Source: Mizuhopecten yessoensis
Taxonomy: Eukaryota
DNA length: 64,000 nucleotides
NCBI RefSeq assembly: GCF_002113885.1
Contig: NW_018407426.1
Span: forward strand, 1,486,908-1,550,907
Direction: 5' to 3'
Positions 39,001-54,000 of the stretch are shown here, piece after piece. The number at the start of each line of letters is the position of its first letter. Position 1 is the first letter of the stretch. The position numbers and the translations under genes are program-made. The notes under the pieces are model-generated. The model was not told where the DNA came from and did no database searches. It was given only the letters and a program-made list of their open reading frames with translations.

Positions 39001-42000
39001 TTTCTGCAAGTAGATTTTCTGACTCTGAAAATATCCAATATATCTATTTACCAAGAAGTCAGAGAGGTATCAGTCCAGTCCTCTACATTTGAGCTGTACA
39101 TCATTGAGTGTTTGTCTTTCCTAGCGACTGTTCTCAGTCTAACTTGTTGATCGTCATTCATTTATTTGAGGAAAAGGTCATTAATTTTTGAAAGCGAGTT
39201 TCTGATTAATTTAGCAAGTGAAATGATTGATCACTTGCAAAATTTTCGAAGTGGTTGACATATTTTTGACCCCTGGAGGAGATGACAAGTTTCTGCTCTG
39301 TTCCATCAGTTCAATTATCACTTAATCTGTGGCATATCTTGTGTACTCTGAAGTTGCCATATTTTGTGTTTGTGTACTTCATGTGATGGAGAGGTGTCAC
39401 ATACTGAATTTTTGTTTCGTACACGTGCCTCACTGTATACAGTGGTTTGCTATGGTGTATATTTTACACTATTTTAAGGCAGTGCAAATAGCGAATCTAA
39501 AACCTCTAAAATGTAAATAAGAAAGACTGCAACCATTTTATTGGTAGAGTGTCTGAAGCGCAACAAACACAAGTATAAACATAATGGGAATAGATAGGAA
39601 ACCCTAGATTGATGTTAAAACAATATTTAAGAGGAAAAACTGAAAATATATGGTGGAGTATGTATAAAAATATGTCTGTATCAGTAACAGCCTTATCACA
39701 GTATGTTCCCCTGGGGGAGGGAAATTTCCAGCCCATTAGGAACGGTTACATGTGATCTGATGTAGAAACCAGAGGCTGTTTTGAAATGTTTCAACATGAA
39801 CTCACACCTACACTTAGCTAGGAGTTCAGTCTCGGTTTAACAGACAGCCCAGTATTATATATATTACATCAGAATGGAGCTGGAAATGGAGAATGTTTTG
39901 GGTTTTTTTTTGAAGTTGTTTAAATCTCTTTTTGTGTATTATTGGTAGGAGTTACTCAGAACTTCAACATCTGGGCCTGTTTGCTGAAGCTCAGCTACAT
40001 GGAGGAGATTTTTAGGCTTACAGATAGCTCTGTATTACTTGTCATAGGAAATTTTTGAACCTATGTACCAGTAAATTTAACTTCTGAACTTCCTTTTTAA
40101 TAAATATGATCAAAGATTTACATTAACTGCTAAATTTGGCTTTGAATATGATGGTTTTAAGGCCAGGTCAAGTAGCAAGTGAAGGATTTGTACATGCGCA
40201 CAGCTGAATTCAAGAAAAAGGATTTTTTTAGTGTAAGAAAACAAATATTAAATATCATCTGATCCCTTTTAGGTTTTCCCTGCAAAATGCGGTCATCATT
40301 TCACATAGATTTGTTGTGCTCTGCACACAGAATTGATACCTTGCATTGCACGGCACAGGGGTGATTCATGCATACACCTATCATTGTGAATTGCACCGTC
40401 CAAAACATAATGGGTTTTAGAGTAGTGCCAGCCTTGTAGGCAAAGATGTCTGTGTAACATAAGTTGTTTCTGATAGCTTTAGCCAATATATAATCAGTCC
40501 TAAAGTACAACATACTCTTGGCTTCCTGTTCATAACAGCACGCTTCAAAAATTATGATAGAATTCTCCAAAAATAGATAACTGCATTTGCTGATGGTGGC
40601 TAGAAGAAAAAAAATTGGAACAAGTAAAATTTAGTTTAAACGGATATATCCAGGTCTAACCTTCGAGTGTTACCCAACTGCTTTGACAAAGTAATAATTG
40701 ATTCTAAAGTACAAGTTACATTTGTTTGTCAAAAAAACATGTCAGAAAAAATAAGATACATGTATTTTACAAGAAAATGTGACATGTCCTGTTTAAGATA
40801 ATAGGTATGTAACAACACTAACCACAAAATAATAGGTTTTAAAGTACATAGAACAGGTACAATCGTTCCCAGCACGGGGGGTTTTACAAAAGATTTCGGC
40901 ACAGAGGAAGGGAGTTATGTATATCCAAACTTTCTCCTCAGGAATTTTAGATGCATGTTTCATTGATTTTCTCAAGAATATACAGATTTCAAATCAAATG
41001 AATTTATTAAAAGAAAGAATAATCAGCAGTTTGTGGGAGAAAGCTTATTACATTTTCTCCATTTCGGTTACATTTTTATTTTACTTTTGTAATTACATAG
41101 TGATTTGACGGCAAAGAAGAAATCTATCACAAATTAACATTTATGCATGAAGTAGCCTACATCTGTGACGCAATTTTAGTAACCCCGTTTATACTATGAT
41201 CAAGTCTGTCTTATTTTTGTATACTGATTTATGTATAAACAAGAACCACGTACACAAATATGTATCTAGGAACTTCAGATTCAAACCATTCACCCCTAAA
41301 GTCACATTTGAACCTTACCAAATCAAAGACTGGGCAAGTCTGGTTTTAACATGTAGAGGTAAACGAGTTAACTACAGTGTATATTGATGGAGGTTTTCTC
41401 TATCACACAGATTGGTATTTATTCTGCTGCTGTTGCTATCAGGATTAATATATTTCTAGCTGACTTGTTTGTAGGAAAGTGGGAAAAAAAGAATCATTTT
41501 ACACTACTGCACATTATAAAGTCCCCATCGTGTCTCATGTTCACTTATAAATGACATTTCAAATGCAGAGTAATGTGTAGAGTTTCATTATTTTAAAATA
41601 ATTGTTCCATAAAATTTTCTTTTTAAATTTCGAAAAGGATACCAAAATGGAAACTGCATTGATCTGTTCCCGGAGAAATGTTGAATAAATGCTACTTGTG
41701 TGATAAATTGTGGTCCCGAGTTTAGCATAAGTTGTTCCTAACGGTATTGTCCAGGTCTGTAACGGGATTGGTTTGTGGAGTATTGGCAGTCACAGACAGG
41801 ATTCTACCCCCAGGCCGATTCTGTTACAAGGTTTACGAATGTGTCCGTCTCCTTGCACTGCCATTGCCGGCTCTAACAGGAGCCATATGCTACAGAAAAT
41901 GGGGATAATCAGGTTTGGAGCAGTAAAAGTTTGACTTGTTTCATAATATCTGCTCCACTGATTACACGTATAGGTAATAAAAAGCATAACTCCCACCTAC

Positions 42001-45000
42001 CTTATCCCCCAGACTGGGTAATGGACCTGCTGATATGAAAGGGAGGATGAGTCAAGTGCGGGAGATAAGGGGGTGCGAGATATGGATGAGATACCTACCA
42101 CCAACTGCTAGTGAATATTGGATGGAGATGAAGATAGGTGGAGGAGATACTCGCATGCCTTGGTGTTTTGGGAATTCTTGTTGTTTTAATATGCTGGTCA
42201 GGCCGAGGAGCATTTATGGCACTTACATATATGTATCATGAGAGAAGGGTGGAAAATTGGCACAGAACGCTTCCATGGTTTAGTGTGTACATGTAAATGA
42301 TGCCAAATTGATAGGGCAGGAAGTAGTTCATGGCAAGAGAAATACAGGCAACAGCATTAATCTTAAAAAAATTCCAAGTTGTCCAACATTAGGTAAAATT
42401 GTCAATTTAGACATTTTTTGAAGCATTCCAGATCTGAAAAACAAAAGAGAAATAGGCTGAAATCAAGGCTTGAGTTGGTTCTTGTTCAAAGTTTGATATT
42501 GGTCATAGTGGTGTTAAGGACTACTGCAGATTACAGGAGTATAGCATATGAGGGAACTGGCAGATAAAACTTTCCCTTTACAGAACAACTGTTCAAAGCT
42601 CTGTGTTGTAATTTAATGTGTGTTAGCAAATCCCTCAAAGTGTTTTTCATGTAGCTAGTGTTTTAGATTGAATCTTCAAAGCTTTATGTGTAAGATGAGT
42701 TGTGAAGCTAACAAATCTATGCGTACAGTACGATTAAACTTGAAAACATTTTCCCATGGTAGTCCTGCAGGCTACATGTTCAATAAAGTGTCAAACCATG
42801 GGAGGGTAGCTAAGCTTCCAATGTGTGTCTCTGTGTCAACAGAGGGAGCTTGACATAACCCATTCACCCCTACATATTTCAAATAGACTTGCCCAGCGTC
42901 TGATTTGGTTAGGTTCAAATGGGAGTTAAGGGGGGTGAATGAGGTGAACAAGTTTTCTCTGTTTCCCAGCTGTGCATGTCAGTAGAAGAAAGGTTGGCTA
43001 AGCTTTCACTGTGTGTCTCAGTATACATGTCCGTATCCCTTTATTAGTCTATAAAAGAAAGATTGACTATGCTTCCCTATGTGTCCCCATGTAAGGGTGG
43101 TCGGGGGGGNGGTTCGATTCCCTGATCGCACATGAAAATATATGGTGTCACCTGCCCAACCATGTGGTTTTCTCTGGGTACTCCGGTTTCCTCCAACATT
43201 AAGACCCCCACACGCTAACATCCGGGCCAACAAGAGTGATTAATATAAGTTGAAATTAATTGATTCATAATTGCTGTAAAATAAATAAAGTTTATATTTA
43301 TATGTCCCCTATATCCAGGGCTATAGAAGAAGCTTGGTTAAACAAGTCTTCTCGGTTTCCCTTTATAAGTCTGTAGAAGAAAGATTAGCTAAGCGTCCCT
43401 ATGCGTCCCCTGTATACAGGGCTATAGAGGAAGCCTGGCTAAGCATTTGCTGTCTTTCCTGTTATAGATTTGTAGATGTAGCAGCTGTCACCTATAGGTA
43501 TACAGGGCGTTTATCTTGGAAATTACTGATTGGTTCACATATTGATTGTGTGTTGTTCTTGGTAAGGGTTTTGAGCAGCTATTAACTTCATTCTGTAAAG
43601 GTCAGCCTTCTAGCTGTATGATTGTTAATATATCCTGTGCCTACAAAACCCGGTGGTTTAGTTCTCTACAGCGTATTTGTCACTGATATTCTCCAGTAGG
43701 ATTGTGTAATATTACTGGTTTACCATTGTATTGTGGTATGGCACTAGTCGATACATTAGATTAGTCTGCAAGAATAAAAATTCGGCAGTATAGAGTTTTA
43801 TTTTCTTTATTCTGGTACAAAGGGAACATGGTGTTGAAATAATTAAAACTGGATGAACACTTGCTAAAACACATCAGTAATAATAATAATAATGATTGAA
43901 GGTTCTTATATACCGCTTTATCACAACCTAGTTCGTAGGTCGTCTCAAAGTGTTTCACAAATTATTATCCGTGGTTATAGGGCCTTTGCAACTAGCAAGT
44001 ACATTTCTCAACTCCCTGGGGAGCATACAGCCAGAGCTGCCATTTCGGCGCTAACAGCTAGCATTCAACAATTCTAGCACTGCCCAACCACATACTCATT
44101 TACAGCTGAGTAGACTGGAACAAGCAGAGTAAAGTATCTTGCTCAAGGATACAACACATTGCCGTGGCGCGAACCCGCAACCCTTCAGACACGAGCCCGG
44201 CGTCCTACCACTAATCTACCGTGCCTCCGTATCAGTAGAATATATTGTTTATTAAAAATATAACATGAAAACAATTACAAGAATTCAAGAAATCTTCCTC
44301 AGAGGATTTTCATTATGCAATATATTGCTGTACAGATTTGCTTCCCAATATTCATCCCTATTCTCCAGATCCATGAATACGAAAAAGTTTTTCGGGTAAT
44401 TCATAAAGGAGACATTAAGTATAAAAGATGAAGCAAATTATGGTGGTCAACATGAGTAAATGAAAATATTCTAATAGAAGTAACCTCCAAATAGGTAACA
44501 CTAATGATAACTTCCCAGCCAATATTTAATCTTGTCTGTAAACACTAATATTAACAATGAGTGCTTGAGGATCAACAACTGATAGAGATGTTTGTATGAG
44601 GCTGATCGGAAGGTATTTGTCTGGGTGATAAGACTTTTGGGAATGTCACTGTCATAGTTCAAACAGACCAATTGGGACGTCCAAGTCTGGGGTCCTAACA
44701 TACTGATGGTGAGGTCTAAATATAGTCTTGACACACTGACGGGAAGGTACAAGTCTGGTCTAACAGTCTGATGGGATGGTCTAAATCTGGTCTAACAGTC
44801 TGATGGGATGGTCAAAGTCTGGTCTAACAGTCTGATGGGATGGTCCAAGTCTGGTCTAACAGTCTGAGGAATGGTCCAAGTCTGGTCTAACAGTCTGAAG
44901 AATGGTCCAAGTCTGGTCTAACAGTCTAAGGGATGGTCCAAGTCTGGTCTAACAGTCTGAGGGATGGTCCAAGTCTGGTCTAACAGTCTGATGGGATGGT

Positions 45001-48000
45001 CCAAGTCTGGTCTAACAGTCTGAGGAATGGTCCAAGTCTGGTCTAACAGTCTGAGGAATGGTCTAAGTCTGGTCTAAGTCTGGTCTAACAGTCTGAGGAA
45101 TGGTCTAAGTCTGGTCTAACAGTCTGAGGGATGGTCCAAGTCTGGTCTAACAGTCTGATGGGATGATCCAAGTCTGGTCTAACAGTCTGAGGGATGATCC
45201 AAGTCTGGTCTAACAGTCTGAGGAATGGTCTAAGTCTGGTCTAACAGTCTGAGGGATGGTCCAAGTCTGGTCTAACAGTCTGAGGAATGGTCTTAGTCTG
45301 GTCTAACAGTCTGATGGGATGGTCCAAGTCTGGTCTAACAGTCTGAGGGATGGTCCAAGTCTGGTCTAACAGTCTGACGGGAAGGTACAAGTATGGGATC
45401 TAACAGTCTGAGGGAAGGTCTAAGTCTTGTCTAACAGTCTGATGAGGTACAAGTATGGGGTCTAACAGTCTGATGGAAAGGTACAAGTATGGGGTCTAAC
45501 ATTCTGATGGGAAGGTCCAAGTCTGGTCTAACAGTCTTATGAAAGAATAACACAGCCTTTAGTGTTCTTAAAATAGTCAGTAATTTCTTGTTAATAATTT
45601 CTTTATTGTACAAAAATCTATTCCTGCCAATTTGGAACTCTGTTATCTGCAGTCTGTATCTATCTTTGGAGTTCACTAGCTAGAGAAACAGAAAACAGAT
45701 TTTTTTTCCTTGTGCTCGTTTCCAAAAGTCAGTTTCACATTTAAAAACCAAAATAATTGAGTCTGGGGGGGAAAAAAGAGGGAAAAAAAGACGATTACAA
45801 GACTCAAAATTGAACAAGCTACATTAAACACTGACTTAATTGCTAATACTCTTTTGGTGAGTGCTTGTTTAAGCGCTTGACTTGTCTCTCACTATAATTT
45901 GACACTAAAGAACATTTTGTTATGAATTGAAAATAGAAACAGTGAATGCTTGGGTACAGGATGAAAAAAACCAAAAAACTTTGATTATATAATATGTTAT
46001 TATTACTACAAAGTTTTTAAATGAAATTGCAGGAGGACATCTAATCCAAACTAGGTGTGATTTAATCTCGTGTGTGTGTGTGTGTAGAGTAGAGAGTAAG
46101 CCAGTACAGGTAAAAAACACTGTAATCCTCGTGGATTGGAAGTCTGCAGCCACAAAATGCACTTGCTCTTGGCTGTTGTTGCAGTATGCTGGGTTTAACA
46201 TGTTTGTATGATGGAGCCAGTTGATGTTAATGTTTTCTTGGTCAAACTAAACAGCTGTTACCGAGGCAATATTTATCCCAGATCCTGGTGAAGTTAGCCG
46301 TAGTTTGGGGTATAAAAACCATCCCCACACTCCCCCATCCTTACCCACACCCAGACACTGGCTAGTCATTATAGGTGCAGAAAGGAACTTCATGTGTATC
46401 AATTATCACTATGTCCTCTTCTGTAGCTCACTGTCCATCAGTTCATAACTATCTACATTATTTAAAAAAAATTATATTGAGATGATCCTTTTTTGCTATG
46501 TTAATACCTTTTGAGATGACCCCCTTTATTGGTATATTAGTACCACCATCAATTTGAAAGGGATGGTATTACATGTTCTGTTCATCCCGACTTTCTATGA
46601 ATCATTTGAGTGATTTGGACCGTTGACCCCCCAAGTACAGTATGAACCTTCTAACCTAACGTACCGTATTCATTCTTATAATGGCAATGTTGTAAGCAGA
46701 ATATAGTGATCAGGAATGCAGTTTAGAAAAAACAAAAACTTTGACTAAATGCCTCATTAATTTACCAAGAATCTCATACTTGATTTAATATATAGAATTA
46801 TAGAGGCAGAAGCATTTTCTACCAAAAGTTTATTACTTTTTCAAAAAAATATAGGACCAGGGATATTTACATGTAATCTAATGGAAGTCTGTACATGTAA
46901 TACATTTCTGAGTGCATAGGACCAGGAATTGATACTTGTGATTTATCGGAAGTCTTTAAGACATTGTTCATTGTTCAGATTTCTGGCATTATTGCACGAT
47001 TAGATAATTTCTGTTGCAGATGTTTCCCGAATCAGATAAGGCAGTAATATGAGTGGCTGCTGCAAAAACGCGGACCAAAAGTTGACGTAATCTGTCATAT
47101 ATTGTATCCTAACAGACTTTCTTACATTCTTATGAACATTCTATTCGGTACGTTGCCTGGTTAAAATCCTTGCACTTACTCATGAGATGTTAGCTGTCAT
47201 CCTATGCGCATGACTCTGTTCTGATAGCATGTAACTGCATTCATTTTGAAAAATTTCATATCTTAAAAAGAAGTAACTTTAAGAATGATTTAATGAGCCT
47301 CAAAGTTATTTCAGCAAATCTTGCCTGAAAAAAGTATTAACCTTAGGCCACTTTCATATAAATTTTATATGAAAATATAATTAATTTTAGGTTATTTATC
47401 AAATAACAAATTTTTAGGCAAACAACAAATAAGAAGCTTTATATTTTGTCAAATGTACACCATCTTCAAATCTTCCAACATCATTGAAATGTCACACTAT
47501 TGGGTTGGGTACATTGACATATTCTGCAAAATATGCTGACAACAGGGTTTTTCAAGTGTTTATGCTACAGTTGTGTCACAGGAGAAAGTATTTCTTGAAT
47601 CGTCTTTCCTCAGAATGATTTTTTTCTCAAAAATTGTATGTTCAATCCTGTCAGTAAAACATTCATAATAAACCACAGAGAACGTAAGAACTACATTTTC
47701 ACAGTAAAACAAATTTATAAAGGATCCCAGAGACCAGAAAAACATTGAAAATTCCCTACAGTGAACAAAATAAATAAGGTTACGCAGGGAACCTGAAAAA
47801 TATGCTGTGGCAGTGCAGTAAAACAGGTTTATGAAGTATCCCCAACTGGCCTTAGAGATACGTTCTCAACAGTATAATGTGTTTATATGGAACCCAAGCT
47901 GAGCTAGATAATTAGTTCTTTACTATATAGAGGGTTTATAGTAGATCCCAGGGAACATAAGAAAAAAATAGTCCTTTACAGCAAAGTTTGTTTATAATAA

Positions 48001-51000
48001 ACACCAGAAGAGCTGAGAAATGAGTTCTCAACTATAAACTATGTTTATAACAAACTCGTGGAGTTGATAAATGATTTCTCTGATGAAATAGGTTTATAAC
48101 AAATCTTAGGGAAGCTTAGAAATAAGTTTTCAACAGAAGAATATGTTAATAACAAACTCCAGGAGAGCTGAGAAATGATTCTCTATAATAAAATATGTAT
48201 AACATATAGGGGACCTTAGAAATAAGTTCTCTACAATAAAACCGATTTATAGCCAATATCTGGTTACCATTATGAGTTTTTGATTTCATGTTCAAGTGTA
48301 ACATCTTGCTAGTGTACTGGGGGTATCAAGTGTACTTCGTGTGTGATTTTTATGAGATTTAATCTTATTACCTACAGTTAATTACTTATCAATAAGCTGA
48401 TACTCTTTTACCAAATTAATCTTGTTAGTATATTATTGAAACATTCTTACTTTCTTTGGCTCAGCATTTAACAATAATTAATCTCTTTAGCTTTAGTTCA
48501 TACACTATTGTAGGTTATGGATTTTGTTAAAACTATTGGATCTGGTTGCATTCCTATGCTCGAAATCTTGGAAGAATTTCAGGAAAGATCAAAAGTTACC
48601 ATTACATTAATATGTAATATGCAATCCCCCTAACTATGGAGGGTAAGCTTACTGGATACACTGGTATGTGTGAATGATAAATCATTTAAGACGCCAAGGC
48701 ATACTGGATCAGTGGAGGATATGTAACAGAATGGAAATAAAGTTCTGTTACAAAAAGAAATAAAATGTCACAGTGATAAGTTGTACCACAATTTTGTTTT
48801 GACTTATAGGAAGACAAAACGAGAAGTTTGAATATATACATGTCAAGCTTACCCAATTGTCTTTTGGTATATAACGACAGGTACAAATCAAGATTACCCA
48901 TTAGTCGGTTGATATCCAAACGGCAGTTGATTTAGTCCCAAGCTAACCAATTATCTGACTAATATCAAATATTTATGTACAAACTTTACCAAAAGTCGAG
49001 TGATATTATATACGTACATGTAAATATGGGACAAGCTTACCAAATAGTGGGTTGATAAATATACGAGTCAAGCTTACCTAATCGTTGGTTAATTTATATG
49101 TGTACGGGCCAAGTTTGCCTGATATATGTAGTTGGTTGATATTATACATGTAAATATGGGACAAGATTACCAAATAGTCTGCTTATCTTATATAACTACC
49201 AGCCAAGCTTACCAAATAGTCTGTAGTTGTTATATATGCAAGTCAAGCTTACCTATTGTGCAAGTCGTCCTTAACCAACAGTCTGCTGATCTTATAATCA
49301 GGTATATGTTCTGGTGTATTGTATAATTTCTGCTTTCTACTTGCATGTTATATGCTCTTTCTTACTTTAATATCAGTACTAGCATTGTAACGCAAAATCA
49401 ATAATGCTTCAGAATTCCCCAATCTCAGACCTGACCTTGAACAATGCCTCTGATAATTGCAAATACATCATCAAGTCAAGATAACAAAGATTAAATGATC
49501 CTGGTAAATCAAAATTCTTACACAAGAAAAGTAGTTTCTGTCTTGATTGAAATGTTTACACAAGGGAAATAAGTCTTGTCTGAGTCGGAATTTTTCTGTA
49601 AGGGAAAGTATTTCTTGGTAAATCAAACGTTTTACCCAAGGGACAATTCCAGGTACAAGTTTGAGGCCTGGTCATCCCCACACCACCAAACAAGGTGCCT
49701 ATAATGATGAGAGGGTAATACTTTGGTTATGATCGGGGATTGTCTCTGTAAGCTGGTATCAATAATGGAAATTGACTCCAATATCAAAGTGTACATATCG
49801 TCAGTAGATAGTTGCCTCAAAGATGATATAGACAATTCTGTTGCCATCATCATCATCATCATCATCATCGTTGTTGTTGTCATTGTTGTTTACTCTGCCC
49901 TTGCTACCCGTGTATACAATTATTGCTGTACTGCTTTGCTTGTTCTTAGTACTAAATCATTTACATATGCTTGCAATTTCAGTTTTCCTTTTTGCTTCTT
50001 TTATTTTGAAATGTAGATGTAGTGAAAGTTGTTTAATTTTAGGTTTTTGTTTTTACTTTTTTTCTTCTCTAGATCGACCTAGAAGTTCACGCCATACTCA
50101 CAACAGTTTTAACAGTTATCGAGACCGTCGTAACCATAACGACCCCAATGGTAAGCCTGCCATTGCCTAGTAACAACTCTGACTCCTCCCTTCTTCCTGT
50201 ATACCCTCTAACCCAAAGTGTTGCTGGAGTGTGTCAGATTACAATTATTTGTAACTCATACTAATGTGTGGGTTTCATTTTGCCTTCTCTAACCATCATT
50301 ATAGATAGACTCAATCATTGATGGAATGGTTTCCATTTGTTGCACATTAATCCAACAGAAGTCCCATCCCCAATTATTACATTGTACTTTGAAATTCATA
50401 ATTGTTAAATCAGAATGATAACCCCTTTGTTTTACAAAAGTTTATTTAGTTTAAATCAGCTATAAAGTTATAATATTGGAAAGATTCCTATGAATTTATG
50501 TTTAATTTATTCACAAATTGATTTTTTTCCACAAATTGAAATTCTTCCCCTTCATTAAATAAATCTAGAGACTGCTGTGATTTGTATAATCCCTACTGGA
50601 TAATTTCCCTTACCGATAATTCTCCTGTTCGGAGTTGACCTGGTTGGACTACTGGTGGATTACGTGACATGATTGAAACTTTTAATTTTAATTTGTGCCT
50701 TGTGTAGTGTGTGTTTGTCTTGCAGTGTGCTTTGTGATGTATTTTAGTATAATGTACACCGGTATAGTCTGCACACAATTTAATACGGGAACACTTGATA
50801 TTAAAACACACCAAGCACCTCACTATGTCACATGTACTAACATAAATGGTATTTTTCATGTACTGATATTTACACAGATGAATCTCCTTAATTCACGAAT
50901 ATATCAGTCTCATTATTTGAATTTTCTAGGTTCTGCTGACATTTATTTCAAAGTTCATTGTTACTTTTGATGTACAATTACTGACAGCAAGGGAGGACAA

Positions 51001-54000
51001 TACAGGGCTTGTTCAACCCTCACATCAGAACTGTCTGGAAACCCCAGGCATGTGTTATAGTACCAGTAACTAAAGCTTACCTGTAATTAGTCTGTGTGCT
51101 TGATTTCAAATACTAGTATAAAATCTCCATTTTCTGAGGAGAAAAAATGTACAGCCTAATTTTCGCACTAAGGCATTTCTAATTGGAATTAAATTTTTAG
51201 AATGAATTTTTTTATTTATTTGAAATATGTTCTTTATTATTTTTTTAAGTTTGTCATTTTAATAGCTAGACTGCCAATTTAAGCAAAAAAATCAAATCTG
51301 AAAGAAACTATGCCAATTTTTGTACAAAAATTCATGCATTAACTGGGATCATTATTGATATTTCATAAAAATTATGAACAATAACGGTGCATGAATGCAA
51401 AGCACAGTTTACCAAAGTCGCGTGTAGGGAAAATGAATCTGTTATGTTATCCTGTAGGTCGACAAGACAAGTGATAGTCTACCTGCATTGATTTCTGTGT
51501 AACCTACCTGTCTCTCAATTTCTCAAGTCGTTTTTATGAGTCATATACAGCATTCACTTATAATAGCAGCAACCCTAGCAATCCATTTTACCTATTGATT
51601 TTTTCAGCATTTCCCTACGACTTGAAGACTTTCAATGCATTTCCAGGTTTATATATAGAATTCCAGGTCTTATTGTCTTAACATTGCCATACTGCTGCAA
51701 ATCCAGCACAATGTGACGAATTTTAAGAATTTTGGTTTCTTGAAGACATGCAATTCAACTGAACAGTTGGTAAAAAAAAAAGATGAATACCCTAAGGCTG
51801 ATATGGCATTTGGATTATGTTCAGAGATAGTAAAACCAGCTGCAAGAAGGATTTAGATAAAATTGACAAGAGAGATTAGTTTCTATTTCTAAGTCAACAA
51901 CATCAAACATCATTTTCAGAGCATTGATTTTCAATCTAGTCACCATTAGATTGGGGGGGGGGGGGGGGGGGGGGGATTGTTAAATAAAAATCAAATTTCG
52001 GAATATAAAAATATCAATTCGGCAGTAATTCTCCACATTACACTTGATGACAGGTGGGGTTGGAGTTGTCTGTGTAGGTTAATCATTTGGGAATATATTT
52101 CTATGTTATATTGGTGGGAGTTCGAGTCTATCTTTACTGCCTGTTTATTGACTCGCTCCATGTTGTAGCCTTACTATAACTGTACAAGATTTCATTATTG
52201 CTGTTGTCTGACTTACCCATAGATATCTTTTTCAAGGGTCATTTGTAATAGACGTTTTAGCTTAGATTTCACCCCAGTCTTCGTTGTTTCGTTGACTATA
52301 TGTAGCCAGAAAAGGAATTCAGAGTTCACGGAGAATTAAGAGATTTGAGTACAAGAAATGACATCACACAACTGAAACGAAAACTGATTCCTGGCTATCG
52401 TTCTAAAAGCAAATAATGGTCTGGACAGTCACCGTTTGTTAACTCATTCAACCTGAATTTTCATAATGAACTATTCCAACCTTTGAATTGGAAGAGTTCA
52501 AATGTGTTGTCAGGGGTGGATAAGGTAAACATTGGTCATGTTTCTACTGTCAAATATTTCGCACAGATAAGACAGGCCATTAATGGCAGTTAAGTAATAA
52601 AGTTTATTAGCAAGATTAAAACACTGCATGTTATTGTAGTATTTCAAAAACAACCTTTGAATACATCAGTTGAATCATCCACAAGATATTTTTCATTGCA
52701 GGTATATATGTTCTGTTTCATTAAGAAACATAACTTCATTTAACTCATTCATCACTGGAATTTATATATTGAACTATTCCAACCTTTGAATTGGAAGCGT
52801 TCAAATGCGTCTTCAGGGGTGAATGAGTTGGGAGAATATAATCGGAATAGTTTATATATATTTACTTTTAAGTAATACTAATTATTCAGCAGACCATAAC
52901 CGTGTTTAATTAATATGTTCTTTTTCCTTATAAACTCACATAAAATGAAATTGTACAGTATTTAGTTCCGTGTGCTTTATATAATATGGGAATAGATATA
53001 TAGTTATGTGTTATGCATGTTTCCAATTATCATTTAATAATTTAAATATGCATATGTCTCGATATATACATGATGGAAGCACTGGTTTACATGTGTAGAA
53101 AGCTGTCAGATTGGACCTTCTTATATATACAACAAGTTACAAACATTTAAGACTATTAGCAGATTCTGAAAAATTCTACTACCTAGTGCAAATTTACAAG
53201 ACCTGGGCATCAAGTTAGTGGAATTGTACAGTTCTGCACTTGTAAAATATGTATGAGAATATTTTCTTAATTGGATTTTTTTTAAAAATAAGTATGGTGT
53301 GTCGAAATTAGATTTCAAGGTTTAGTGAGGATATGGAGTTTCTTGGACGATTTTAGCTTGAACTATGGAGATTCCACTTGCATATTTGACCATGTTTGTA
53401 TTTGTGAACAGCTCCCCCTAGGATCAATGGCCACAGTAAACATCACAGAGACAGAGGTCACGCATACGACTCGTCAACTGTACTCAGTAGCGATATCGAC
53501 ACCACCAGCTTCTTCGACTCCGAAGATGATAGCAGGTACAAACTGAACAATAGAAGTCTACATAACAGAAACTTGTTATTTGTTAACTCATTCACCCCTG
53601 AAGACACATTGAACTCTTCCAAATCAAAGGTTGGAATAGTTCATTACGAAATTTCAGGGGTGAATGAGTTAAAAAGTTCCCATACTTGACAGCTGGCTGC
53701 AAGCAATTCCAGCTTTTCAAATTTGTCTGACTTAGTATAATGAAAGGGAGGTATCTACTGTTTGTGTTTTGATAGAAGTAGCCAAGAAACATTCAAGGTC
53801 ATGAAAGAAACCGTCCACGTTTGCTAATTGTTCAATTTCTGATATAAAAAAAAAAGATAATTAATGTTCCAATTAAGAAATATGAAGTCATTTAATTACC
53901 TGATAATTGATACAAAAGTATGTAGGAATGGTTAAAAGCAGCTCTGCATGTATATGTAAGAGAAAAATGTAGGCCATCATGATTTTATAACGACATTTTG

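Noticed and set aside
42035-42241. Alternative DIX-less first exon of dvl
   Set aside because: Only a weak phase-1 donor (AG|GTGGAG) and no homology support.
44679-45537. CRISPR-like regular ~31-bp repeats
   Set aside because: No unique spacers, no cas genes, eukaryotic intron.
47020-47090. Extra dvl exon after TTGCAG acceptor
   Set aside because: In-frame TAA within seven codons in the required phase.
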